Origin: Octopus sinensis
Lineage: Eukaryota
Reading direction: 5' to 3'
NCBI RefSeq assembly: GCF_006345805.1
Contig: NC_043025.1
Span: 2,108,001-2,172,000, forward strand
Length of the DNA: 64,000 nt
The notes beneath the pieces were generated by a model. That model had not been told where the DNA came from. It saw only the letters and a list, made by a program, of their open reading frames with translations, and did no database searches. The position numbers and the translations under genes were made by a program. Positions 11,867 to 24,138 of the stretch are shown in pieces (position 1 is the stretch's first letter; the number at the start of each line of letters is the position of its first letter).

Positions 11867-12504
11867 AATTTTATATAAAAGCTACAGCATGGCAACGTGG
11901 AGAACGTTTAAAGAAAGATACCCAAAGCATGTACACTTATTCTGAAGCGTACATCAGTGTAATACAATATCTGATGTCTGAAACGTACAAAGATATAATG
12001 CAATCCTTTCCGGGTGTAAACATGAAGATAACCTGGGAAATAATAAATATGCCATCCACTTATGTAAGTTGTTCAGGGAAATGAAGTCTATGAGCGTCGA
12101 AAAACTTAATATTGTATCACAAAGTTTAATTGCTCCAAAAGAAAAATTAGATCTTTACCAAGAGAAGACGTCGAAATTGTTTAATATTAAAGATTGACGT
12201 CGAAGAGGTAGAACGGAAAACCATAATACTATTCAACAAACAGCTACTAGTGTAGCAAATAACTATCCATTAAAACGCACTGACCAATGAAAACGAACCT
12301 CAATTCTAATAGATGTGGGAATAAACACTCTGTACCATGTATTCATTATAGTTCTCTTTCGTTTACAAACTGTAGCATACATACATACATGCACATATAT
12401 GGACGCAGTGCTTGTGTGTTAGATATTGTCGTAATTATCCTCCTAAGGTACAACGAAATCTGTTTCGGAATACGTGTTCACATCAAGACTCTTGCAAACC
12501 AACT

Positions 12505-12576
<72 letters not shown>

Positions 12577-13060
12577 TTGGAAAATGAACCTACAGCAATA
12601 CTGTACATACAGCTACATATACATTCATGTATAGAATACAACGCATCCATTGAGAGATGTAGATAAATATACATACATCCTTTCATAAATCCATGTTACT
12701 ATGCACACTTTCAAATCTACAACAATAAACATCTTTAACAGAACACAATGAAGTACTCCATTCTTTTATACAGTATAAATATGGTTATTCCTTTCAGAAA
12801 ATAATCCCGAACCAAAATTGCTAATATTTTACAAAATAGTCCTGCAAACTTATTCGCTACCGTTAGTTTATGAAACTATTGTATTGAATATAAATTGCAT
12901 TGTTCATCCATAATATTTATATAGATACATCTTTTTACGTATAAAAAAATAGTTCATAGCAATTGCTGGCTTTGAATATATAAATACATAAAGTATACTA
13001 CCCAGGAATTAATGCGCTTAAAATTTAATATTTTATATGATTTTCTCATTGTGTTTCCAG

Positions 13061-13113
13061 GTTCAAGTTCTGGTTATGAAATAGAGGATAGAACAGCAGA
13101 AATAAACTTATAA
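13061..13113 (+). CDS. Candidate short phase-1 terminal exon, copy 2: (G)SSSGYEIEDRTAEINL*
   Basis: gtgtttccag acceptor; phase matches the LU exon donor; stop position conserved with 7730-7782. Confidence 0.45.
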
Positions 13114-13598
13114 GTGGACACTGAAAAAGTGCTTCGAAGAATCGTCTTAGTATTTTACGCCATACAATAATGTCTTCTCCATATATAATATTGAATATAT
13201 TTCCTTGTTAAGAAAATATATTTGTACCTTTCAAGGCAACACTATGCAACCGAAACATTGTATAACCTGCAATAATTCAATTTAGACAAGTTTCAGGGCC
13301 TCACTATTGCTTAAAACAGAGGAAAATAGAAAATGCTATTACCTTGCGCACGTAAACGAAAGCAATTTATTCTAATCACTTGCCTTTGTCTGTTATCTGT
13401 GTTCGTAAAATTGCTGGAAAGCGGATGAACTGATTTTTATCACGTTTGGCAGAAATACTCATTGTGTGAGTGGCTCGAAATGATGAACATTTCGTTTGAT
13501 TATCTTTAAAAACAAATCGAACTAATTTCCAGATAAGCAACCGGTCATATTATTTAGTTCACTTTCATTTTTATGTGAATCGAACCTCCTTTGAGTGG

Positions 13599-13778
13599 GT
13601 ACGTATGTGATCATGGTGTACGTGTGTGATCATGGTTTACGTGTGTGATCATGGTGTACGTATGTGATCATGGTGTACGTATGTGATCATGGTGTACGTG
13701 TGTGATCATGGTGTACGTGTGTGATCATGGTGTACGTATGTGATCATGGTGTACGTGTGTGATCATGGTGTACGTATG
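13599..13778. repeat. 19-bp minisatellite (gtacgtRtgtgatcatggt) x about 9.5
   Basis: Head-to-tail units with no spacers. Confidence 0.95.
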
Positions 13779-13857
13779 GGCCTAGATATTTGTGGGTACA
13801 TACAAAAATGCAAACATAGATATGCGATTCTGAGTGTGTGTGTGTGTGTGTGTGTGT

Positions 13858-13909
<52 letters not shown>

Positions 13910-14425
13910 AACGATGGATTCGAGTTTTATGTTTATTTACGACTTGATTTATTGATTTCAAGGGAGTATAAATACCTAATAATGTCGATACTTAAAAACA
14001 AATTAAAATAAGTCGAACTTACAAATTTCCGGATAAGCAAGTGTTCACTTTTTCTTCTTTATTTTTCCAAATATGATTCGCTTCTAATACATCTTTAGTC
14101 AAACACTTACAAAGCTTAATTCGGTTCAATTTAAAAGCATAGGTAAGTAAGGCATTGTAAGCCACACTATGATTTACGAAAATAAGTAACTGCGTGTAGC
14201 GCCCCTCCGATGCCTTTTTAGTTTCATTTGATTTCAAGCTTTATCGATATTCTTTCCTATTTCCAATTTCATGATATCAATGTAAGCTTTAAATTTGTTA
14301 AATAAAGGGTTTAATTTGACTTGTGGCTATCTTCGTTTTTTAGATGAAATACTGGAATTCTACAGTCTAAGTTCAAATACCACCCGGACAGGCAGTGATT
14401 TTATCAGTTATTTTAAACATTCCAC

Positions 14426-15953
14426 AAAAAACACTGAGCCGCTTCTTTGTGGATATAATCAGTCCATTAACAGGAAAGTCAACATCGTACGTGAAGAATT
14501 CCACGCACTTCACAGAATTGATCAAGGATATCCCCATTGAATCCAACCAGATGCTGAGTCTAGATGTGATAAGCCTGTTCACCAAAGTCCCAACTGGTGA
14601 AGCACTCTCGGTGATACAAGAAAAACTAGTGACAGACACCAATCTAAACGAACGCACTAGTATACCAATAAGAAACTTGATGGAAATATTGACCTTCTGT
14701 CTAGAAACTACCTACTTCAGTATGGACACTGATATATATCGACAGGAGGAGGGTTTAGCTATGGGTTCGCCGTTATCACAGGTAATAGCCAATATAAACA
14801 TGGAATACTTTGAGAATTTGGCTTTAGGATCAACATCACTAAAACCAACATCATGGCTACTATATGTTGATGACACCTTTATACTCTGGCCCCACCAGGA
14901 AGATGTCCAAGTGCTGTTAGATCATGTGAAGTCAATAAAGCCATCCATAGAGTTAACAATGGAAAAGGAAACAGACAATCAGTTGGCATTCTTGGACGTA
15001 TTAATAACATGCACCAAGTATGGATTCAGGACATCCGTATACCGTAAGCCGACCTTTAATGGACGATACTTCAACTTCAATTCTCCCCATCCATACAGTG
15101 TAAAGAGAGGGATTGCTCAGTGATTAAAACATCGTGCAAAAAATATAAGTAGCGATCGTGATAACACCATGCTCAATAACGATCTGTTAAGCAACAACTA
15201 CCACAAAAGTATACTAACCACTCCAATTATGAAGAAAAAAGAGGACAAGGCTAATAAACTGTCCACAGTCTGTCTACCCCATGTGAAAGGAGGCCTCTCC
15301 AAAAATATACAAAAGATATGCAGCCCATATGACATCAGAACAGTATTCAAGAATGATACAATACTTCGCAAATAAATCCTTTGGGTAAAACCACCAATAG
15401 AAGAGAATATGACCAAAGACTGCGTGTGTTCCATCCCATGCAGCTGTGGTAGGTTATACAAAGGCGAAACATGCTGCCCCCTCGAAACAAGGGTAGACGA
15501 ACATCGCAAAGCTGCGACACGAGGAGATATTGATAAATCGGGTATAGCTGACCACGTAAAGGAAAATGAAGTTAAAATAATAGACAGAGAACACCAATGG
15601 AAAATACGAAAACTAAAAGAAGCAGCACATATGCTAGGACACAACAACCTCCTAAGCAGACCGAGTGCAGATATGAGCAGCATATGGGAACCGGTATTAA
15701 GGAAAGATAGAAATTATTAGATTTATAAGCCCTAAAATTCACTCCATAATTGCCTATGGGCATATGGCGTAGTGGTTAACAGCACGGGCTACTAAGCCCA
15801 ATATTCCGAGTTCGAGTCCAAGGAGTGACATGAATAATAATAACATCGAAAAATACCTTAGGAATGAAATTCCCCCAAGACACCTGAAGAAGGCTGGATG
15901 GTATATCAGCCGAAATGTTGGTATATCAGATCGAATGTAAATAATATAAATAA
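14426..15953 (+). mobile_element. 5'-truncated Penelope-like element (Penelope/Poseidon-type GIY-YIG) with tRNA-like and hammerhead-bearing 3' end
   Basis: RT motifs SLDVISLFTKVP, EGLAMGSPLS, WLLYVDDTF, FLDV, VYRKPT; EN CVCSIPCSCGRLYKGET..RVDEH..SGIADH; internal stops; absent from the paralogous empty site near 8370. Confidence 0.9.
15880..15922 (+). ncRNA. Hammerhead-like motif at the PLE 3' end (degenerate stems I and III)
   Basis: gacac-CUGAAGA-A-GGCUG(gauggu auau)CAGCC-GAAA-u-GUU. Confidence 0.55.
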
Positions 15954-16085
15954 TTCCAGTAATAAGGTTCAAAATTTGCAAGGTGATTAGATCTGTAATA
16001 ATTTATCTAATTAGCATTATCAGGTGTCATTAATCCAGCAACGAACATTTCAGAAACAGCTACAATCCAATCAAGGAATTAAGTA

Positions 16086-16618
16086 CCGTATTTTCCGGTC
16101 TATAAAACGCATCGGCATTGAAGCCGCTGAGCCGAATTTGGGGGAAAATTGTAGTTTTATCCACACATAAAGCCCACCGGTGTTTTATGAAGACTTATGG
16201 AACCACGGATCCGCAGCTAGCTTTGTTGTTGTTGATGTGTTTGTAGTTTCAAAATGCCTTATTCTTCAACCATGAGATGTATTGTTGATTTTTTGATTTT
16301 ATCTTACTATAATCAGCAACAAACACATTCCGTCAATATTAAATTCTTTATTAGATAAAAAAAAACATTATCAAAACCTGAAGGTAAAACAAAACAAATG
16401 TGCTTTGTTTTCTTCCAGGCACCAATGTACTGTAGCAATAGTCTTTCATCGACCGACCTTTCCTCCGAGAGAATCATTGGAATTATTCGATCTCCATAAC
16501 AAATTATTTTCCTCCTGGAACTTATAAAAAAAGATACACACATTAGGCGCACCTTTCTCTAAGAGGCACACTAAATTTCCCAGGTAAAAAATAGCGGCTT
16601 ATACACCGGAAAATACAA
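16086..16618. mobile_element. Tc1/mariner-type MITE with TA target duplication
   Basis: TA-ccgtattttccgg ... ccggaaaatacaa-TA terminal inverted repeats; missing from duplication copy 1. Confidence 0.8.
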
Positions 16619-16744
16619 TATTTCTTTTTTTGTCATATTCATATCGACTTTCACTCCATAAACGTTACACAAACACTTGACTGCGCATGCCTGAATGTCT
16701 ACATTAAAGTATTTTCTAAGCTAAATTCTCTGCCAGATCTACAG

Positions 16745-16875
16745 GCTCATTAGGCCCCCAGTATATCTCGGTATCTAACGTATTTCAACACACAAGGATA
16801 CAACACACCCAACTGAACAGGATACCAGTCTGTCGCAATGTTAACCCCTGGTTAATGCTGGTACTTTTCAGATGA
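16745..16875 (+). CDS. Candidate phase-1 terminal exon with hydrophobic C-terminus (GPI-signal-like)
   Basis: ctacag acceptor conserved in the paralogue; (G)SLGPQYISVSNVFQHTRIQHTQLNRIPVCRNVNPWLMLVLFR*; versus the paralogue, substitutions over 30 codons fall about 9/3/9 at codon positions 1/2/3, plus a frame-preserving 3-nt indel and shared TGA. Confidence 0.35.
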
Positions 16876-17477
16876 GTGCACTGGAAGTGTCTTTCTCGTG
16901 GACACAACTTACCGAAACAATAATCCATACGCCTATATGTGTGTGTGTGCGCGCTTATGTACATATCCGTGTGTATGTGTGTGTATTTTTGTATGCATGT
17001 ACACACACACACACATAATCTGTTATTCTTTTATTCTTTTGCTTATTTAAAGGTGAATTTCAAAGTCGTTATGCCAATCACATAATCCCCTTCCGACATA
17101 GGACAAAAGTAAAGCTACGAAACTGGCTAAGTTTGGAAGAAAACAAAACACCACATTTGACTGGATGGGATGTAATTGAGAATCCATAACTTATGTTAAT
17201 GGATTGAATAAATATAAGCTTTGTTTAACTGAAAGAGTGCATATCCTGTTCAGATCTAAGATGCTTAATTCTCTATTGGTCTCTAGGTCAGGTATTTTCG
17301 GTCGTTGTCAAGTATAAATATATTTTGAAGAACTGGAAAATTCCGTCTATTCTTGATTAAAATTTTGATATCTTTTAGCCTTATAATTCAAGGTCCAACG
17401 AGGAGACCTTTAAATGCTGTTTTTAATTTTCCCTTTTCCCATTTTCGTTTTGTGCTTTCGCATTCCGATTTTCGGAA

Positions 17478-18561
17478 CACTGGGCATGCTGTAGCAGACA
17501 TGCACTGGGGCTGCGGCATCTCCAAACATTCTGCCAAAACGGTGAACAGGTATGGTCATCGTTTGTCAAACAGGCTTCTCCAAGGCTCATCTCCTTCACT
17601 AAGCTGCAGTCCTGGTCAAGAAGAGACCGAGGAAGGGTGACTGGCATCTGGAATGTTGCTAGGCATTCACTGTCCTCTACCAGGTGGGCAATGCGATCAG
17701 TGGAAAATCCACTCTTAAGTTCTATAGAGGGTTAGTGGAGGGAAAGTGCGATGAAGCACTTGGAGAGACGTTAGGCGTTGACAAAATTGAACTAACCAGT
17801 CTGCTGAGGAGGACTTCCAATACGGAGATGATGGATAACTTCTAGAAATCCCTTGCTTTGCAGTGCTATCGGGGGGCACTGCCGGTTCGAGATAAACTCT
17901 ACAAGCACGGATGCACCCGAGATGTGCGCAGAGCAATCAAAGCCTTCTGCACGCACTCGTCCAGTGTCCTTGCATTACTGACATGTGGAGTTATGCTGAA
18001 CGGCTGTTATCACGTGTAGGGTGGTTCTATCTATCGGCCGAGTCCGTAGTGAAGATCGATCAGCCGCTTTCCATCAGTCCGGAAGGTCTGTCTAATAGCG
18101 GTAGCGAAAGAGGCTTTATTGTGGACCAGGTTAAAAGGACTAAAGGCAGAGACTTTTCTCTACGGCCAATCACTCGTCAACTTTTTCAAGGTTCCTTTGG
18201 AAAGGAAGATGAGGGTACAGAGTGAAGTGCTGCCTCCCAGTACATTTGCCAAAAGGTGAATGAATATCGAAAATGGTACGTGTGAGTGGACCTACTCTAA
18301 TAATGCTCCTGTGGGCTAGTGAATTTGAGAGGGAGGAGAGTGCTCTTCCCAGATGCCCTCAAAGCGTCGAGTGGGTCAGGATTGGGGTGGTGGTGCCTGA
18401 GACAACTCCAAGGGGTTAGCTGCACCCTTACGAACTTTCATTGTTATATTCTTTTGTTGGATATCATTGTTATTCTTTTAACTTTGTACTCGTTGTCTCT
18501 GCGTTAAATCCCCACTGTCCAAGTCTACTGCATCGTCCCTTATATGCCGGCCCCATTGGCA

Positions 18562-18562
<1 letters not shown>
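17478..18562 (+). mobile_element. 3' fragment of Tx1/L1-clade retrotransposon ending in (AAT)n
   Basis: Remnants of HALRLRH, FYRGLVEG, ALPVRDKLYKHG and the CPRC..E...HAL..C region, homologous to 38500-39300. Confidence 0.8.
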
Positions 18563-18597
<35 letters not shown>

Positions 18598-18700
18598 TAT
18601 AATAATAATAATGATAATAATAATAGAGAAATAATAATAATAATAAGAAGAATAATAATAATAAAAAAAAAATAATAATAATAATAAAATAATAATAATG

Positions 18701-18764
<64 letters not shown>

Positions 18765-18778
18765 TGACCATTATCATA

Positions 18779-18847
<69 letters not shown>
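18562..18847. repeat. (AAT)n array followed by inverted (TAT)n array
   Basis: Direct reading. Confidence 0.95.
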
Positions 18848-19350
18848 GAGTGAGAGAGCAGTGCATGTCACCAAAGTGACACTGGGGAAAAAAATAAAAA
18901 GCCCAGTATACCCACAATGACTACCCGTCTGATAAGGGTACACTAGGCACATTCATCGCAACCATATGTGCGTGACATGGTAATCTCATATCAAAAATAA
19001 ACAGCACCCATCCCGCACAAAAGGTCCCTGAATAAGGGTTGTTTAAGGATGTTGAATGAAACACCACAGTTTCCAGAGGTGAATTATTTCAAGCCCCAAA
19101 GAATCCCTCTCAACAGATGGCTTTGATCCTCCCTCACTACTTCTGTTCGTGATCAGAGATGCACATATCGTCAGCCACTAAGGGACCTGCTCAACTGGTT
19201 AAGGTCAAACAACTATCAAGCAAATATTGAGCAGAATATTTGCTGTAGCCAATATTTTATACCAAGACAAAACAATGTACATGATAACACTTCCAATCGG
19301 TTAAGATCAGGAGTCATGAGGGCCACAGTCTGGTACTGCATCAAGGCATT
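18848..19350 (-). mobile_element. About 500-bp dispersed repeat with (AAT)n tail; second copy at 55165-55722
   Basis: Collinear homology in opposite orientation (gatcagagatgcacatatcgtcagccactaaggga, gagtgagag ends). Confidence 0.75.
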
Positions 19351-19732
19351 TATTATTATTATTAATATTTTTATTATTATTATCTTTATTATTATTGGAA
19401 ATTTTTTCCGGCTAAACTTTTCACTCACTTCTTCACAGTAAAATTACGTCATTTAATGCAATCGTTAATGTGATATTCCCTTCAGTTTCATACTAAAGAA
19501 ATGCTTAGGCAGGGTTATGTATCTAATTGCATCACACACACAGACACACACACACGGACACTCACAAACGCACACATCAACCCTCCTCCCCTTCTTTCCC
19601 CTCTCTCTTTCTTCTATCACTCCCTCTCCCTCTCTCTCTCATTTTAACTCTTCCTCTTCCACCGCCAATCATCATAAACTGCTGACTGAAACATTTCAAA
19701 TCGAAATTATATAATTAGAAATACAGATGCCA

Positions 19733-19819
<87 letters not shown>

Positions 19820-19876
19820 GTATCTATCTATCTATCTATCTATCTATATATGTATCTATCTATCTATCTATCTATC

Positions 19877-19936
<60 letters not shown>

Positions 19937-20055
19937 GATGTGTGTATTTGTGTGTAATGTGTGTATAGATATGTGTATGTATAAGTATATATATATATAT
20001 ATATGTATGTATATACATATATGTATATAGTTATATTGAGATATATATATATATA

Positions 20056-20111
<56 letters not shown>

Positions 20112-20143
20112 TACACGCACATACACACACACATATATATGTC

Positions 20144-20196
<53 letters not shown>

Positions 20197-22129
20197 TAAG
20201 ACTCATGCTTATATACACATGCTTATAAGTCTCTTGGGCAAGTTACATCTTTAACTATGTTATATCGGTCATTTATTGACCATTGTCCATCCATCTGGCC
20301 AACATTTACGATGTGATAAAAGGGATTTCTGCTGTTAATGCCTTATAAGCTTGTGTCAGCCAATCACTTGAAATGTTCCTTTTTGCTTTTACTTCAGTAA
20401 CTTTCCGTGAACCCTTTCGCATTGAAAATGGCCACGTCGGACCCAAAGAGTTCTCCCTGTTTTGTGTTGGAAAATGACCAGATCAGGCCTCTCACACCAC
20501 CATGAAAGTCATTCTAAAAGGAAACACTAACATCATCAAAAACAAAAGAAAATATTTAAATACTTTTGTCATTTGGCTGCATCCATGCTAGGGCCCGGCC
20601 CTTAAGGGATTTACCCGAACCCTAACTCAACCCATACACATTGTTTTTATCCCTAGTACTTATTATTTTAGTGTTGTTTACCGAGACGCCAAGTTAAAGG
20701 GACATAAACACACCAGTACCGGTTGTGAAGATTTGCTAGGTGACAAATACAGAAATTTTGCAAGAAGGACAGCAATTTTGAATGAGGGAATGAAACGATT
20801 ACTTCGACCCCAGTGTTCAACTGGTACTTATTTTATCGACTCCGAAAAGATGAAAAACGAACTTTACTTTGGCGGAGTTTGAACTCAGAGCGTCAGCTCC
20901 AGACGAAATACATCGAAGCATGCTGGACGTAATGTTTCGCTGTATTTCGTCCGCAAAGACGTTCTGAAGTCAAATCCCACCCAGGTTGACTTCCATCGGG
21001 GTCGATAAAATAAGTACGAGAAAAAACATTAGGGTGGATGTAATCCACTCAGCCCCCACCCCTAAAATTGCTGACCTTATGGCAAAAGTTGAAACCATTA
21101 TTATTATTATTATTATTTTGAAATTTTTTCCGGCTAAACTTTTCACTCACCGCTTTACAGTTAAATTGTCATTTAATATAATCGTTAATCTGATATTCAC
21201 TTCAGTTTTATATTAAAGAAATGCTAAGGCAGATTTATGTATCTAATTGCATAACACACACACACACACACACAAACACGCACAAAGCCCTTCTTCTCTC
21301 CTTTCCATACCTATCTCTCTCTCTCTCTCTCTCTCGCTCTCTCTTTCTTCTACTTTCTCTCCACCTCTCATTGTAACACTTCCAAAACCACCGCATATCT
21401 TCTTTAACTGCTAATTCAAACTTTTCATTTCGAATTTTATAGACCCATGTCTATATCTATCTCTCTCTATATATAAATAAACACTCGCTCACTTTACAAA
21501 GGCGAAACCACATCTTGGGTAAGTTACGGTTTTAATTATATTATATCGGAATTTATTGACAATTGTGTAGCCACCTCAAAAGCATTTAGCTTGGGGTAAA
21601 AGCGGCCTCTACCGTCAAGGCCTCATAAATTTGTGTCCCCAAATTACATAACTGTTCTATTATACATTTATTTTTACTTCAGTAACTTCCTGTCAGCCCT
21701 TTAGCATTAAAACTGACCAGGTCAGACCCAAATAGTCTCCCTATTTTGTGTTGAAACTAACCAGATCAGGCCTCTCACACCCACCATGCAAAGTCATTTT
21801 GAAAGGTAAAAGTCACATCATCAAAATCTTAAAACCACATGATAATGTAAGATTAATTTTTTTCATTTGACTGCAGTCATACTAGGGCACCGCCTTTAAG
21901 GGTTTTACCCAAACAAATCGACCCAAGGACATTTTTTAATGTCTACTACATATTCTGTTGGTTCATTTGCCAAACCGCTAAGTTACAGGGGACAGAAACA
22001 CACTAATACCGGTTGTCAAGCGGTGGTGGGAGACAAACACAGACACAAAGTCACACATCACACACACACACACATGCGCGCACACATCTTAATTGATATG
22101 TATATAGATATATAGATACAGATATATAA

Positions 22130-23765
22130 TCGCCAGACTTCCACTTGATATAATCGATCCCTACCAGATCTGAAAGTAAATTTTGAAATAAATCCACTTT
22201 CTTGAAAGCGAAGCGGAAAGACGTATCATGTCCATTATCCATTGTCAGGGAACTTTTCGGGTCTAGGGACCTTGTTTTGACTTATGTAGTTACGCTGTAG
22301 TTACTCTCAATAGATGCACACGACAGGGTCCCGTACGTACTGGCTCTCGAACAACGAAGTTGGAGGTTTCAAGAGTCATCCCGAATGTCTTAGAATGCGG
22401 AATGTTCGTATCAGCTAACAGGGACTACATCACCATAATACTGTCCACAAAGCGGTGACAGGAGCAAAGATTATCCAAGAGAAATCGGTAGGCCTGCAGC
22501 TCGGCAGATGGAGAGGCAGATCAATACAAACCGACAGTTTGTAGGGCGCTGGACGGAAAGACAGGTTAAACTGCTTGGGGTCTGGTTTGGTCAAGACCTC
22601 CAGGTTGTTGTTATTTGTTCCTTCACGAGCCATGCTTGGCTCATAAGGGCCGGTTTCCCGGTTTCTTGGCATATAGGTTCCCCACCTGGACGGGACGCCG
22701 GTCCGTCGCAGGTGAGCTGCAAGATGCAGGAGGAAAGAGTGAGAGAAAGTTGTGGCGAAAGAGTCAGCAGAAGTTCACCATTACCTTCTGCCGGAGCAGC
22801 GTGGAGCTTGGGTGTTTCGCTCATAAACACACACACATCGCCCGGTCTGAGATTCGAACCCGCGAGTCCGCTGCTCTAACCACTAGGTCATGTGCCTCCC
22901 AGACCTCCAGGTGGACAACAACTGGTGTGAGGTGACGAACAGTGTAGTCAATCTCACCCAGAAATGGGCAGAGAGGAAGATGTTCTTGAAGGGTCGAGTC
23001 GAGGTGGCGAATGCGTACATCGCTTCCCTCATCTTCGACCGCCTGAATGTAGTCCCATGCCCGATAAAGTTAGAGCATTTGTTATTCCGCTTTCTAAAGA
23101 AGGGACGTGTTCCGCTCATCAGACGGTCCATCTGCTGTCAACAACCTCTCAGTGGAGTACTGGACATGCCGTTGCTAATGATTCGCAGACATGCGCTGAG
23201 ACTGCGACATCTCCTGCATTTCTTTAACGGTGAGCATGGGGGATTGACAGTTTGTCAAACGGGACTTTCCGCAGGTCGACTCATTGATGAAGTTACAGTA
23301 CTGAGTCAAGCGTTGGCCAAGAAAGGGCGCTTGGCACCTCGAGTGTCGGCAAGCTTTCACGGCTTTCTGCCAGTCAGGCAACGCGGGCGTTGCACGTCCA
23401 CCATGGACTTCTATAGGGGATTAGTAGAGGGGAAAGAACAACGACGAGATCGGGATAAATTCTGGGAGTAGGTGGAGGGAATTTACTAACTGGTCTTTAA
23501 CTTACAGAATTCCCTGGCCTGGCAGTGCTACCGGGGAGCTCTGCCGGTTCAAGACAAGCTCTACAGATACGAAAGTGTTGTCGGGCGGATATGTCGGGGG
23601 TATGCGCAACCCGATGAAATAGTCCTGCATGCACTCGTCCGTCCAGTTTACGAGCCGAGGTCATTGTAAAGATCGCCCCGCCACCTTCTTTAGGCCGGGA
23701 AGGAAAAGCAGTATCTTCTGCCCGGTGGCTAAAGAAGTAGTGTGGTGGACGAGACTGAAAACATT
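22130..23765 (+). mobile_element. Tx1/L1-clade ORF2 fragment (RT C-terminal region)
   Basis: VKLLGVWFG..NNWCEV..LKGRVEV..RRHALRLRHL, homologous to 37877-38662. Confidence 0.85.
22606..22900 (-). mobile_element. tRNA-derived SINE inserted into the Tx1 fragment, with 12-bp TSD
   Basis: agacctccaggt at 22594-22605 and 22901-22912; head and core shared with the SINE at 51870-52190 but a different 3' tail. Confidence 0.8.
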
Positions 23766-23907
23766 GAAGACTAAACCTCCTTCACAGTAAAATTATGTCA
23801 TTTAATATTATCATTTAATATTATCATTAATATTCACTTCAGTTTTATATTAAAGAACCACTTAGGCATGGTTATGTATCTCAGTGCATCACACACAAAC
23901 ACACACA

Positions 23908-23968
<61 letters not shown>

Positions 23969-24031
23969 ACAGATACTGGCAGATAATTAGCTTTATATTT
24001 TCAATTTATTTTTATCTTTCACTTTTTGCAG

Positions 24032-24138
24032 ATGGAATCCAGAATACTGGAGACTATCTGAGATACAAATACAATAAACAGTTTAGGAGGCCACTGCATG
24101 TCTTCCTCTCCCTCTTCCCCTCACTCCTATCAAAATAG
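24032..24138 (+). CDS. Weak candidate phase-1 terminal exon: (D)GIQNTGDYLRYKYNKQFRRPLHVFLSLFPSLLSK*
   Basis: Long polypyrimidine tract plus tttttgcag, open to a stop with a hydrophobic end; no paralogue to test. Confidence 0.2.

Larger units (their letters stand above)
12985..16900 (+). repeat. Segmental duplication, copy 2 (interrupted by minisatellite, PLE and MITE)
   Basis: Collinear blocks homologous to 7655-8810. Confidence 0.8.

Noticed and set aside
13599-13778. CRISPR-like regular repeat
   Set aside because: Units are head-to-tail with no unique spacers, no cas genes, and the context is eukaryotic; it is a minisatellite.
19150-19185. Hammerhead in the (AAT)-tailed repeat (CUGACGA; also about 55350 and CUGAUGA at about 53236)
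   Set aside because: No GAAA at the proper position and no stem I partner.
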